From a virus (Duplodnaviria; Caudoviricetes): a DNA stretch of 63,568 nucleotides. Positions 27,601 to 37,945 of the stretch are shown here, piece by piece. The notes under the pieces were generated by a model that worked only from the letters and a program-made list of their open reading frames with translations, searched no databases and had not been told where the DNA came from. The stretch covers positions 1 to 63,568 of IMG/VR virus record IMGVR_UViG_3300021963_006637; one strand, written 5' to 3'. The first letter of the stretch is position 1, and every line of letters starts with the position of its first letter. Position numbers and translations under genes: made by a program.

Positions 27601-29050
27601 TTAGTGAGAAAAATTTATCAAATAATATATCATTCTTATACGAATATAAGAATTTTAATTTAGATTTCAAAATATCTTTTCTAGCTTCCATCATATCACC
27701 GGTTCTGCATCCTTTAGCGAAGTAAACTTTAGGTCTATATAATAACTCATCTGAAATTTCTCCTTTAAATGCTGCCCTTAATAAAGGTTTCATATGCCCG
27801 TCTTCTTTTTGATATAGAGGTGGAATATTGAGTGTATATTCTACGAATGGTCTCCAACTATATGGTGTGCGAACTTCAACTGTTCCACCCCACATAATAG
27901 ATTGATTTGTTGTTAAAAAATTTGTTTTATGCACATCTTCTACTAACTTTCTTCGTGCAATATCATAATCCTCAGGTCTCCAATGAAATGCTTGTATGTG
28001 ACCATAACTTCCCCAAATTTCATCGGATAGGTCGCCACTAAACACAACTTTAAACCCCAATTCATTTATCTTTCTAGAAAGTGCTATTTGAGCAATTGCA
28101 GAACCTACATTTTGCCATCTACTCTGCTCAATTACATAAAGTGTTTCTTCAATAGCATCCTCTACATCTTTTTCAGTTAATATAATTTCGTGCAACTTAA
28201 CACCAAATTCTTTAGCTGCTATTCTTGCGTATTTAATATCATCATCTTTTGTATTACCATCTCCCATTGATACTACGAATGCTTCAATATCAGGTTTAAT
28301 TTTAGAAAGAATATATGTGGTAATAACAGAATCAATTCCTCCACTAAGAATAGTGCAAATAGGAACATCTGATATCATCTTAACTCTTACTGCTTCTTCT
28401 AACATCACTCTTATATTCCTAACGATAGTTTCTCTATCATCATTAATAATTTCAGATGGAAGTTTGTAATAAGTTACTGTTTGATATTCCAGCGTTTTAT
28501 AATCGTATTGAAGATATGTACCTGGATAAATTGCCTTTACTTGCTTTTCATAAATGTCTGAAAGTGGCAATCCTTTCTTTTCAGAACAAAATACCAACTT
28601 ACCATCATTGTCGATTGCATACCACAATGGAAGCTCACCAACATAATCTCTAACAACTAATATTTTATTTATTCGGGTATCAACAATAGCAAATGAAAAC
28701 ATACCATCTAATTCTTTGAATACATCGACTCCAAATTGTTCGTATCCATTAAGAATTATTTCGGTATCAGATTTAGTCCGGAAAGGAATTGTGATTTTTT
28801 CTCTTAATTCTTTTGTGTATGTACTATCCCACAATTCGCCATTATAAACCAAACAAATAGTTTTATCACTATTCCACATTGGTTGATTGGCAGAATCAGA
28901 TAAATCTTGTATAGATAACCTATTGTGCCCAATTAATACATTATCTATTTCAATGAAAGAAGAATTATTTCTACCCCTGTGTATAGTTTTATCTAATCCT
29001 TTTTTTATTGTAATATTTGAATACCCGTTACCTCCAATTATTCCACACAT
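27593..29050 (-). CDS. asnB: Asparagine synthetase B-like glutamine amidotransferase / ATP-dependent amide ligase
   Basis: N-terminal MCGI (Ntn Cys), HRG, HNRLSIQD, YNGEL, SDTE, PP-loop LSGGIDS, SGDLSDE, EVRTPY, RPK. Confidence 0.85.
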   Translation of the reverse strand: MCGIIGGNGYSNITIKKGLDKTIHRGRNNSSFIEIDNVLIGHNRLSIQDLSDSANQPMWNSDKTICLVYNGELWDSTYTKELREKITIPFRTKSDTEIILNGYEQFGVDVFKELDGMFSFAIVDTRINKILVVRDYVGELPLWYAIDNDGKLVFCSEKKGLPLSDIYEKQVKAIYPGTYLQYDYKTLEYQTVTYYKLPSEIINDDRETIVRNIRVMLEEAVRVKMISDVPICTILSGGIDSVITTYILSKIKPDIEAFVVSMGDGNTKDDDIKYARIAAKEFGVKLHEIILTEKDVEDAIEETLYVIEQSRWQNVGSAIAQIALSRKINELGFKVVFSGDLSDEIWGSYGHIQAFHWRPEDYDIARRKLVEDVHKTNFLTTNQSIMWGGTVEVRTPYSWRPFVEYTLNIPPLYQKEDGHMKPLLRAAFKGEISDELLYRPKVYFAKGCRTGDMMEARKDILKSKLKFLYSYKNDILFDKFFSLND

Positions 29051-29328
29051 TATATTAATGAGGCTTCTTTTCGTTTAAAATATTTTAGTATAATAATTTT
29101 CCCAATTGAGCCGGATAGAAGAAATAAAAAAATTGTAATCCAATCTCCTTTCAAAAAACTATCTACTGAATATGCAGTAGATGCAATCCAGAATGATGTC
29201 TGAATATTAAAAAGTATTACGGATTTAGTTATATTATTTTCAACTACCCATTTAATTTCTAATACTTTAAAAACTGCTAATGCAAGTTGAGAAAGAACAA
29301 CAAACCCATATACTAAAAGTGGATTCAT
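29050..29328 (-). CDS. Small membrane protein (3 TM)
   Basis: Hydrophobic 92-aa ORF with TAATG overlaps at both ends. Confidence 0.6.
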   Translation of the reverse strand: MNPLLVYGFVVLSQLALAVFKVLEIKWVVENNITKSVILFNIQTSFWIASTAYSVDSFLKGDWITIFLFLLSGSIGKIIILKYFKRKEASLI

Positions 29329-30275
29329 TATTTATTAATAAGTTGTAATACTGAAATAATTGTAGCCATAAATGTAATTTCCTTATCTACAACTAATGCA
29401 TCTTTGGAAGTTCCTTCGGCTAAAGCAATAATAACATTCGCTACATTTCCTTTTGCATAATCATCTATCTTATCATATAGAAAAGAATAAACATCAGTAA
29501 AATCAGAGATTCTATTATCAGCTACCAACTGTCTAATTGTCATAAACTTATTTCTAAGTTCATCCTTTGATTTCAATATTTCAACTAACTTCAATCTAAA
29601 ATCAGAATCTACAATCGTAGCACTCTCTGTCTTCAATACACTATCAACACACGCCAATTGAGTTGTGTTTATTATCTTTCTAATATCCGGATAATAACCA
29701 TCTACAATAGGAACTAAATCAGCAGGATTAAATTGAATATCTTCCTTTTTAAGGATTGATGCAATTTGAACTGCTACATCTTTTTTAGTAGGAGGAACTA
29801 TTTGAAATGATTGACATCTACTTTGAATTGGAAGAATAATTTTCTCAATGTAATTACAAGTTAAAATGAATCGACAATGTTTACTAAATGTTTCCATTAA
29901 GTTTCTCAACAATGCCTGTGCATTTGGTGTCATATAATCAAACTCATCTAAGATAATAACCTTATATGGTTTAAATCCTACACCACTAGCAAAATTCTTT
30001 ACTTTATTTCTTACGGTATCAACATTGTTTTCATCGGATGCATTGATAATCATTACATCACATTCAATATTCTTAACTATAAGTTTAGCTAAAGTTGTTT
30101 TACCAGTGCCTGCTTTACCAAAAAAAAGTAAGTGAGGTATATCACCGCTTTCGATATACCCCTTTACTTTTGCTTTGAGATTTTCATTACCTACATATTC
30201 ATCTAACTTTGTAGGTCTATATTTCTCAACCCAAAGTGAGTGAACTTGTTCTTCTTGTTGTTCAAAAAAACTCAT
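29328..30275 (-). CDS. Clamp loader AAA+ subunit (T4 gp44 / RFC small subunit-like)
   Basis: WVEKYRP, Walker A GKAGTGKTT, NASDE, Walker B ILDEFD, SRC motif. Confidence 0.95.
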   Translation of the reverse strand: MSFFEQQEEQVHSLWVEKYRPTKLDEYVGNENLKAKVKGYIESGDIPHLLFFGKAGTGKTTLAKLIVKNIECDVMIINASDENNVDTVRNKVKNFASGVGFKPYKVIILDEFDYMTPNAQALLRNLMETFSKHCRFILTCNYIEKIILPIQSRCQSFQIVPPTKKDVAVQIASILKKEDIQFNPADLVPIVDGYYPDIRKIINTTQLACVDSVLKTESATIVDSDFRLKLVEILKSKDELRNKFMTIRQLVADNRISDFTDVYSFLYDKIDDYAKGNVANVIIALAEGTSKDALVVDKEITFMATIISVLQLINK

Positions 30276-30293
30276 ACTTTGAATTGTTTAGGA

Positions 30294-31010
30294 TTAAGAT
30301 AATTGAACTTCAACCAAATAATAAGATGAAGTAAATCCGTCTACTGAAAAATCTACATTAGCTAATCCTTCTTTTGATACTTTCAAAGTTGCCTTATTTG
30401 CTTCTTTGTTAGCAGAAAGAATTTCTTTAAAATATTTTGCAGAGAATGAAATTGGTTTAACTTCTCCGTCAAATGTATCATTTACTACTAACTCAACTCT
30501 ATTTGTATTGATATTAGAGTATCCAATTACGATTTTTAATTTACCTTTTTCAGATAATACAGTAAAGTTATCGATATCACTCAATGCTGATTTAGCTTTG
30601 ATGAACTTTTCAATAAAATTACCATCCATATCGATACTAATTCCGAATTCAGGTAATTGTTTTAAATCCGGCACATTTGGAATTACCGCCAAATCTGCTA
30701 ACTGATATTGAACGGTTGTAGAATCAGATGTCAATGATAATGAAATTGGTTTTTCATCAACTTTCTTTAAGGAAATATTGATATCATTTCCCAATACACC
30801 TAATAAACTTTTTAATGTGTTTGTGTTATAAACACCAACGGTAGAATCTTCGAAATCGAAATCACTTACACTAACTGTACCCAATACGGTTTTATCATCA
30901 GAGATAAAACGAGTTGTTAATGTTCTACTTTCTGCTTTCCAAGAAACTGATTCAACTAGACCTGCCAAATTATACTTTGAGATAAAGCGGCTTAAACGAT
31001 TTTTGTCCAT
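30294..31010 (-). CDS. DNA polymerase sliding clamp (T4 gp45/PCNA-like)
   Basis: 238 aa, beta-rich, between PolB and the clamp loader; ends SSYYLV. Confidence 0.75.
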   Translation of the reverse strand: MDKNRLSRFISKYNLAGLVESVSWKAESRTLTTRFISDDKTVLGTVSVSDFDFEDSTVGVYNTNTLKSLLGVLGNDINISLKKVDEKPISLSLTSDSTTVQYQLADLAVIPNVPDLKQLPEFGISIDMDGNFIEKFIKAKSALSDIDNFTVLSEKGKLKIVIGYSNINTNRVELVVNDTFDGEVKPISFSAKYFKEILSANKEANKATLKVSKEGLANVDFSVDGFTSSYYLVEVQLS

Positions 31011-31043
31011 AATTTTTGTTTTAATTTTTATTTTTTATTTGTG

Positions 31044-31075
31044 TAAATATAATCTTTTTATTTCGATTTTCCAAA
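31044..31075 (-). promoter_or_regulatory. Bacteroidota-type promoter (-33/-7), variant
   Basis: TTTG-N20-TATATTTA upstream of the clamp gene. Confidence 0.55.
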
Positions 31076-33616
31076 TTAAAATGAGAAAAATTTATCAGAT
31101 TTTGTAATTTTAAGTTGTAAATGTCCCCAACTTAATGCTCTATAAAAGTCTTCTAATTTATTTTGCATCTCACTTTCAAAGATTTTATCATAATCGATGT
31201 AGTTTTTGATAAATGATTCAATTTCTTCAGGATCATCTGCACCCTTAAATGCAATAGTTTCCAACCCCAATGGATTTTGTTTTAGATAAACCCACTTCAT
31301 TTTATCTCCATTTCTCATAGGAGAATATTTAAACCCACAGTTAAAGTGCTTCAACAATTGATTGTATGTCCAAGCAGCTTTAACATGCGCTGGAGTTCCT
31401 TTAGCGAATTGGAACATTGCACCTTTTGCGGGAGTATATTTTGAAAGTTCTTTTACTGAACTACTTTTTGCGATATTGTATGGCTTAACTAATGGGAGTG
31501 AACCTTTGAATGCAATAATTTTTTCATCCATAGTTTCTTTATCTTCTCCTCTTAGGATATCGATAAGAGTTTGCCTCATAAAATCTTTAAACGACTGAGG
31601 AAACGATGAACGAACTACATCCAATCCTTTAACATCCAATCTATCAGTTGGAATACCATTCTCAGCAATAATCCACTGTGCGTATCTCTTTTTAGCAATC
31701 CAAAGTCCAGACCTACTCACAAATTCTTTCTTAATTTGCAATCTATGCTTTTCTTTCGGTACATTTAAAATTCTCTGAGAAAAAACATCATAAAAACTAT
31801 TCAAAAAATCTTGAGTTTCGCCTGCGATAGCATCTACTTTTAATGCAACATCCTTATCTTCCATATCTCTCCAATTAGGATATCTATGTTCTAACAAAGG
31901 AACTGCTGAAAAGAATACAGAATCAGTATCAATGTAGATATTATAATCACCATCTTTAGTACCCAACTCTTTATTGTATTTTATGTTAGCCATATCCGCA
32001 GTTGATTTGATTACTGTCTGGCCTGTTATCGTAACAGCTTCTGCATTATCAATATCATAAAAACGGAATGAAGGTAATCCCAATACTCCATACAATGAAT
32101 TCAATAAAATCTTTTGTACTAACTGTCTTTTCTTATAGAAAGCGTATTTTTCTTTATCACCTTCCTCACCATACTTCTTTTCTAATTTACGGAACTCAAC
32201 CCTTTTATTAAACCATTCATCTAAGATAGCAGGGATACATCCTATTTTATCCTGTCTGTAAATTACACCATTTGATGCAATTGAATTTCCACTAGTCTTA
32301 AGAAAGTGTTCAAATTTATCTCTTTCAATTTGGTTTCCTTTTATTGTATAAAATTCATCTTCTTTTTTAAGATATCTCTGAACATCCCAATTTTCAACTT
32401 TGCCCATTTTGGTTTCAGGTGAAATATTAAGAGTCATAATGATTGAGGGATATAGAGAAGTTAAATCCAAATCATATATCCAATCATACTTACCAACAAT
32501 TGGGTCTTTTACATAAGCACCAATGAACTTTTGGTCTTTTGCACTTTCATCTATCCCACCACTTTCCCTCATAGAATCTAACATTCTGTCAGAATCTTCT
32601 TTCTTCATTTTATTAGGTGCTACCAATCCTCTTTGTCTTAAGAAACACAAAAGTGCTCCCTCTAACGGACGCGAAGTGAAAAAAACATCTTCATATGCAA
32701 CGTGTCCGGCGTGAGCAATACCTCTACACAAATCTATAAATTGTAGTTTTTTATCCATATCTACAATCAATCTCACATCCTCTAAGTTATATTCAATAAA
32801 TTTATCTTTATCATTTTGAAATAACTCATCTAGATTTCCACTATATTCAACTTTACCCCTGCCTAATTCAATTTTCGCAACAGTATCCAATCGGTAGTTA
32901 TCTAATTCAGTATAGTTATATTCCTTATATAAAACTAAATAATCTAAAGCAGAAACACCTCCTATGAACCATTTTTTTCTATATGGAGAGTAGAATACTT
33001 CTCTAATAGGAGATAATCTTCTAGCCTGTTTTTCACCTAATAAATTTTTAAGACGATTAAAAAGATAAGGAACATCGAAGAAATCTATGTTCCATCCAGT
33101 TATAATAGTAGGAGATATTGATTCGTATATATCTAAAAATTTAGAAAGCATTTCCTTTTCAGAATCAAAAGGAGATACTATTCTATTATCAGATTTAGAT
33201 GGTTGAATTTTTCTTTCTTTATCTAATATTAAAACATAGTAAAAATCTTCAACTGAATCATGAATTGCAATTGATGTAATTTCATTTTCAGCCTTTTCAG
33301 TATCAGGAAGACCTGAATTCATTTCAACCTCTATGTCAAAAGTTAAAACTTTATGACCTTCTGATGGTAAATCCGAGTTAGTGTATAAATCAACCAAAAC
33401 TCTTGTGATTTCAGGAACATCGGATTCAAATAAAGATGAATCATCTTTATCATATTTAAATACCTTTGTTAGTTTATCACCGTAAATGGATGTCCATTCA
33501 CCATTAGTAGCGGGTTTAAATGCATACCTTTGATATGGCATTGTAAAATACCCTTTTACATCATCCCATATATGGATTGTATTTGTATTTCTTTGATAAT
33601 ATACGTTTTGATACAT
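31076..33616 (-). CDS. Family B DNA polymerase (T4 gp43-like)
   Basis: Exo I FDIE, Exo II GWNIDFFD, Exo III YNLED, DLTSLYPSII, KILLNSLYG, YIDTDS, KKRY; C-terminal KFFSF clamp-binding-like tail. Confidence 0.97.
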   Translation of the reverse strand: MYQNVYYQRNTNTIHIWDDVKGYFTMPYQRYAFKPATNGEWTSIYGDKLTKVFKYDKDDSSLFESDVPEITRVLVDLYTNSDLPSEGHKVLTFDIEVEMNSGLPDTEKAENEITSIAIHDSVEDFYYVLILDKERKIQPSKSDNRIVSPFDSEKEMLSKFLDIYESISPTIITGWNIDFFDVPYLFNRLKNLLGEKQARRLSPIREVFYSPYRKKWFIGGVSALDYLVLYKEYNYTELDNYRLDTVAKIELGRGKVEYSGNLDELFQNDKDKFIEYNLEDVRLIVDMDKKLQFIDLCRGIAHAGHVAYEDVFFTSRPLEGALLCFLRQRGLVAPNKMKKEDSDRMLDSMRESGGIDESAKDQKFIGAYVKDPIVGKYDWIYDLDLTSLYPSIIMTLNISPETKMGKVENWDVQRYLKKEDEFYTIKGNQIERDKFEHFLKTSGNSIASNGVIYRQDKIGCIPAILDEWFNKRVEFRKLEKKYGEEGDKEKYAFYKKRQLVQKILLNSLYGVLGLPSFRFYDIDNAEAVTITGQTVIKSTADMANIKYNKELGTKDGDYNIYIDTDSVFFSAVPLLEHRYPNWRDMEDKDVALKVDAIAGETQDFLNSFYDVFSQRILNVPKEKHRLQIKKEFVSRSGLWIAKKRYAQWIIAENGIPTDRLDVKGLDVVRSSFPQSFKDFMRQTLIDILRGEDKETMDEKIIAFKGSLPLVKPYNIAKSSSVKELSKYTPAKGAMFQFAKGTPAHVKAAWTYNQLLKHFNCGFKYSPMRNGDKMKWVYLKQNPLGLETIAFKGADDPEEIESFIKNYIDYDKIFESEMQNKLEDFYRALSWGHLQLKITKSDKFFSF

Positions 33617-33635
33617 TTATAACCTTTATTATTTA

Positions 33636-33667
33636 CAAATATAAGGAATATATTTGTATTTTCCAAC
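33636..33667 (-). promoter_or_regulatory. Bacteroidota-type promoter (-33/-7)
   Basis: GTTG-N20-TATATTTG upstream of PolB. Confidence 0.65.
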
Positions 33668-33671
33668 TTAA

Positions 33672-33932
33672 TTAGAGATTTTCATTGATAACATTTACAT
33701 ACGCCAACTTAGATTGTACACCTAAAAATCTTTCAACTTCTACTCCATTTTTTTCTATTACAACAGTAGGAACTGAGCGAACTCCGTATTGGGATGCTAA
33801 TTCAAAATTTTCATCTACATCGATATCCTCAAATTTAACATTTAAAAATCCGTTCTTTACTTCTTCAAAAACTGGCTTAAGGGCCTTACAAGGGCCACAC
33901 CAACTTGCACTAAACTTTTTTACCGTTATCAT
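33672..33932 (-). CDS. trxA: Thioredoxin
   Basis: WCGPC active site, VRSVPT. Confidence 0.95.
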   Translation of the reverse strand: MITVKKFSASWCGPCKALKPVFEEVKNGFLNVKFEDIDVDENFELASQYGVRSVPTVVIEKNGVEVERFLGVQSKLAYVNVINENL

Positions 33933-33952
33933 ATTCTTTTATTTTATTTTTT

Positions 33953-35734
33953 TTAACCTTCACAACTTACACATTCTGGATCCATAGCCTTTGCTGCAAT
34001 ATCACCTCTCAATACCGATTCAGTTCTCATATAGTAAAGAGTTTTAACACCTTGCTTCCATGCTTCTAAGTGAACTTGATTAATCCACTTTGGTTCTGCG
34101 GTTGCGGGGAATGCTAAGTTTAAAGAAACCGCTTGGTCAATATATTGTTGTCTTACACCTGCTTGTCTTACTAAATCTAACTGATTAATTTCCTTAAATG
34201 TTTTGAATACATCTTTAATTGAATAGCATCTACCTTTATGTGATTCTTCTGTCACCTCACTGCATTCAACTAATTTACTATCTAAGAAACACCATTCATC
34301 TAAGAAATCTAAACCTTGTACCGAACCACCATCTGCAAGGATTTGATCCCAAACTTCTTTGTTGTTCTTTCCCATTTTACGAAGAACTTTTTCTAACTCT
34401 GGATTTTTTCTAATGAAAGTTCCCTTTGCAGTTTGTTCGGTAAATACATTTGCTGCCCACGGCTCAATTCCACTGCTAACATTTCCACTTAATTTAGAAT
34501 TTGATACAGTAGGGGCTACTGCTCTTAAGTGTGTGTTTCTGAATCCACTTTCTCTACACCACAATGGTTCTCCATATTCTGCTGCTAAATCTCTACTTGC
34601 TCTTTCAGATTCAATCTTCATTTGAGAGAATATCTTACGAGTTTCAAATTGAGCTTGTAAACCTTCGAATGGTAATCCTTTTTGTTGTAAGTAAGTGTGC
34701 CATCCTAATACACCTAACCCTAATGCTCTACCTCTTTCTGCTGAACGAACTGAATTCTCAAATCCTTTCATATTCTTAGCTCTTTGTAAGAATTCTTCTA
34801 ATACACCATCTAAGAAAATAGTAGATGTATAAACTAAATCAGTATCTTTCCACTCATCGTATTTTGCTAAGTTAAGTGAACTCAAACAACAAACGAATGA
34901 ATGTTGCTCATCGGTATGTAAAACGATTTCAGAACAAATGTTAGTCATATGTACTTTCAATCCGTTCTTCTTATACATTTCAGGATTTGCTTTATTCACA
35001 TTTCCTTTATACATAATATAAGGCTCACCGGTTGCTTTACGCTTCTGAAGTAACTTACCCCATTTTCTACGAGCTTCAGAATCCCCTTCTTCTAATTTTT
35101 TCATAAACTTATCACTAACCACTACACATTGATGTAAGTTCAATGATTGACGATTCACATCACCCTTTGGTTCTCTAATCTCTAAGAAATCATCGAAATC
35201 CTTATGTTCAATTTTAATATTTACCGATGCTGCTCCTCTACGAACACTTCCCTGATTCGTTGCTAGTATTGTAGAATCATATATCTTAGCGAATGGAACA
35301 ATACCATCGGATGTTCCATTGCCGGTGATTTTAGAACCTGCAGGTCGTATCATATTGATTCCAATACCAACGCCACCACCATGCTTTGCTAACAACATTA
35401 ATTCTAAATTCTTAGAACCAATCTCATAGATACTATCACCTACATCGATACCAAAACAAGAGATTGGTAAACCTCTATCAGTTCCAGTATTTGATAATAC
35501 AGGAGTTGCTAAACACAGCCATCCTTTCCAAATATAATCAAAGAATTTAGTTGCTAATTGTGGTTTATCCAATCTCTTAGCAACTGCCGTAGCAACTCTC
35601 CAATATGCATCCTTTGGTTTTTCACCTGGCTGCAAATAAGTTTTAGATATAGTTTTTACATATATCTCATTGTTTCCCCAAGATGGAAAATCTACATCCA
35701 CCTCCCAGCCGAAATCTTCGCCGTAGTTCTTCAT
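33953..35734 (-). CDS. nrdA: Ribonucleoside-diphosphate reductase class Ia alpha subunit (short, no ATP cone)
   Basis: ATPVLSN, ISCF, GGGVG, RRGA, TNICSEI, LGLGVLG, APT, DQAVS, KTLYY, C-terminal CVSCEG. Confidence 0.95.
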   Translation of the reverse strand: MKNYGEDFGWEVDVDFPSWGNNEIYVKTISKTYLQPGEKPKDAYWRVATAVAKRLDKPQLATKFFDYIWKGWLCLATPVLSNTGTDRGLPISCFGIDVGDSIYEIGSKNLELMLLAKHGGGVGIGINMIRPAGSKITGNGTSDGIVPFAKIYDSTILATNQGSVRRGAASVNIKIEHKDFDDFLEIREPKGDVNRQSLNLHQCVVVSDKFMKKLEEGDSEARRKWGKLLQKRKATGEPYIMYKGNVNKANPEMYKKNGLKVHMTNICSEIVLHTDEQHSFVCCLSSLNLAKYDEWKDTDLVYTSTIFLDGVLEEFLQRAKNMKGFENSVRSAERGRALGLGVLGWHTYLQQKGLPFEGLQAQFETRKIFSQMKIESERASRDLAAEYGEPLWCRESGFRNTHLRAVAPTVSNSKLSGNVSSGIEPWAANVFTEQTAKGTFIRKNPELEKVLRKMGKNNKEVWDQILADGGSVQGLDFLDEWCFLDSKLVECSEVTEESHKGRCYSIKDVFKTFKEINQLDLVRQAGVRQQYIDQAVSLNLAFPATAEPKWINQVHLEAWKQGVKTLYYMRTESVLRGDIAAKAMDPECVSCEG

Positions 35735-35755
35735 AATTCTATAAATTCTTTGTTA

Positions 35756-36769
35756 TTAAAATATATCATCCCAATTTTCACCTTCACCCGCCTTACTATA
35801 ATCAGTAGGTCTAATTGCGAAGAAATCGGTATGAGTTACACCCCCCGTTAAGTGGTAAAACCAATCTAACTGAGATGCTTTTTTATCATTATATTCAAAA
35901 TAATCATCACCACCTGGAATTGGATTATATCCTAATTCAACTAATTTTTCATTAACTCTTTTTGTGATAAATTCTTTTAAATCATTTTTCTTAAGATTTT
36001 CCAAATCTCCCATTTCAAAAATCTTATCAATGAACTTATGTTCTAATTCGATAATAATTTTAGCTGCTTTGTAAATATCTTCTTTTGCTTCCTCTAACAA
36101 TTCAGGAAACTCTTCACACATATGCCTGAATAATTGGCATCCCATTTTTGAGTGTAGGGATTCATCTCTTACACTCCACTTCATTTGCTGTCCGATTCCT
36201 TTTAGGAGATTTCTCATTTGGAAAGAATATAGAACTGCAAATGATGAATAAAGTGCTACACCTTCTGCAAATGCAGAGAAGATTGCCAAACTTTTACCAA
36301 CCTCAATTCTAGCTTTTGGATTGATATCTAAATCCTTTGGAGTCCAATCAGCAGTTGTATTAGTTAATAACTCAAATCTCTCTTTCATTGCTTCATCGTG
36401 TAAGAATCCTTCAAAGTCATCTAATCCCAATGTTTCATTTAGATATGAGTATGCAATTGAGTGAATAGTTTCCTGTGAACCAAATGCCATTGCCATCTGT
36501 CTAATCTCATGCTTTGGAAACCATTTAGTAACCATACCTGTCCAATAGTCAGAAACTGCACATTCTGTTTGAGCGAAACCTAAAAGGATATTACCAACTA
36601 AATGTTTTTCTTCTTTTGTTAAATTTTCATTCCAATCTTTGACATCCATCTGCATAGGTATCTCAGTATGTAACCAAAATGCCTGCATCTGTTTTAACCA
36701 ACCTTCAGTATAATATTCTGGATATTCAAATGGCTTAAATGGTATCCTTTCGGTAAATAATTTGCTCAT
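35756..36769 (-). CDS. nrdB: Ribonucleoside-diphosphate reductase class Ia beta subunit
   Basis: FW...E, ETIHS.AY, AEGV.LYSSF, RDESLH, TDFF. Confidence 0.95.
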   Translation of the reverse strand: MSKLFTERIPFKPFEYPEYYTEGWLKQMQAFWLHTEIPMQMDVKDWNENLTKEEKHLVGNILLGFAQTECAVSDYWTGMVTKWFPKHEIRQMAMAFGSQETIHSIAYSYLNETLGLDDFEGFLHDEAMKERFELLTNTTADWTPKDLDINPKARIEVGKSLAIFSAFAEGVALYSSFAVLYSFQMRNLLKGIGQQMKWSVRDESLHSKMGCQLFRHMCEEFPELLEEAKEDIYKAAKIIIELEHKFIDKIFEMGDLENLKKNDLKEFITKRVNEKLVELGYNPIPGGDDYFEYNDKKASQLDWFYHLTGGVTHTDFFAIRPTDYSKAGEGENWDDIF

Positions 36770-36865
36770 CTTTAAAACTTATTTTTGTATTATAGGTAAG
36801 AATAAATAGGATATATACCGTAAAAAATTTTAGGTTCTTTAGAAAATTTTTTCATCAATTTTTCT

Positions 36866-37924
36866 TTAGTTTTTTTTCTTAAAAATGAAGATTGGCTCAT
36901 ACTTTATACCCTTACCGGCTATACTGGAAAGAGCTAATTTAATTGTTTTTTCCAATTCAAACCCAACTTCACCCGCTACCCTAATCGTTTCACTTTCTAT
37001 ATCTTTATGTTTAGGAGTATTTGCAATATTTAATAACATTTTACCCCCATTTTTTAATCCGATATGACAATTTGCCATAGTTTGTTTTAAGAATCCTTCA
37101 ACCCATAAATGAGGAGTTGGAAACTTTTTATATGATTGAGTATCCTCTTCACTATACTTTTCGGTATCAAAATATGGAGGTGAGGTAAAACACAAATCTA
37201 ATGATTCTTTTTCTGGCACAAATACTTCCGAACCCATTTGGTGAAGTATAACACTTTTACCATAGAAATTTAAGTCTTTATTTAATTTACATAATCCTTC
37301 ATATGTTTTACCACTCGGATCAGTTCCTATATATGTTTTACAGTTACTCGTCAAAAATCCAATCAATCTCCCTCCCCACCCACAACTCATATCCCATATA
37401 GTTTCTCCGCCATATGTATTGTAAATCCATTTGGCAGCAGATGGTCTGAAATTACTTACCGTCTGATTACCTCCGTATATTTTAAAATTTTGTCTTAAAC
37501 GATTTAGAGTAAATTTACCATCACTATGTTTAAGATGCCAATTCCAAGTTTTTCGAATAATCTCCTTTAACTTATTATCATCATTCCAATAATCAATTGG
37601 TCTCATTTTACTATTACCACATTGAACATCTACCCAATGAGGAAAGTAACTCCATGCCAAACCTAAACAATGCATAGTTTGATCAATATAATCATCTTTG
37701 AATATAGTTGATTCATCGAATTCAGTTAATGATTTCATATCACTAACCTTATCATCGATTGTAGAATGGTAATGTGGAAAGCCTTTTTTTCGGTGATACT
37801 TAAAAATTACATCTAAAGCGTATGGAACATCTTCTACCTCTTTTATATTTTGTGTAACTCTTTCGTATTCTAATTCTAACTCATCCCATTCTATAAACTT
37901 TGCAAAAGTATTATAGTTTATCAT
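36866..37924 (-). CDS. Amino-methyltransferase-fold DNA modification enzyme (SPPY type), third paralog
   Basis: NFRPSAAK.IY, WDMSCGWGGR, YIGTDP, FTSPPYFDTEKYS, EPIFIF. Confidence 0.8.
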   Translation of the reverse strand: MINYNTFAKFIEWDELELEYERVTQNIKEVEDVPYALDVIFKYHRKKGFPHYHSTIDDKVSDMKSLTEFDESTIFKDDYIDQTMHCLGLAWSYFPHWVDVQCGNSKMRPIDYWNDDNKLKEIIRKTWNWHLKHSDGKFTLNRLRQNFKIYGGNQTVSNFRPSAAKWIYNTYGGETIWDMSCGWGGRLIGFLTSNCKTYIGTDPSGKTYEGLCKLNKDLNFYGKSVILHQMGSEVFVPEKESLDLCFTSPPYFDTEKYSEEDTQSYKKFPTPHLWVEGFLKQTMANCHIGLKNGGKMLLNIANTPKHKDIESETIRVAGEVGFELEKTIKLALSSIAGKGIKYEPIFIFKKKN

Positions 37925-37945
37925 TTACTCAACCTAATAATAATT

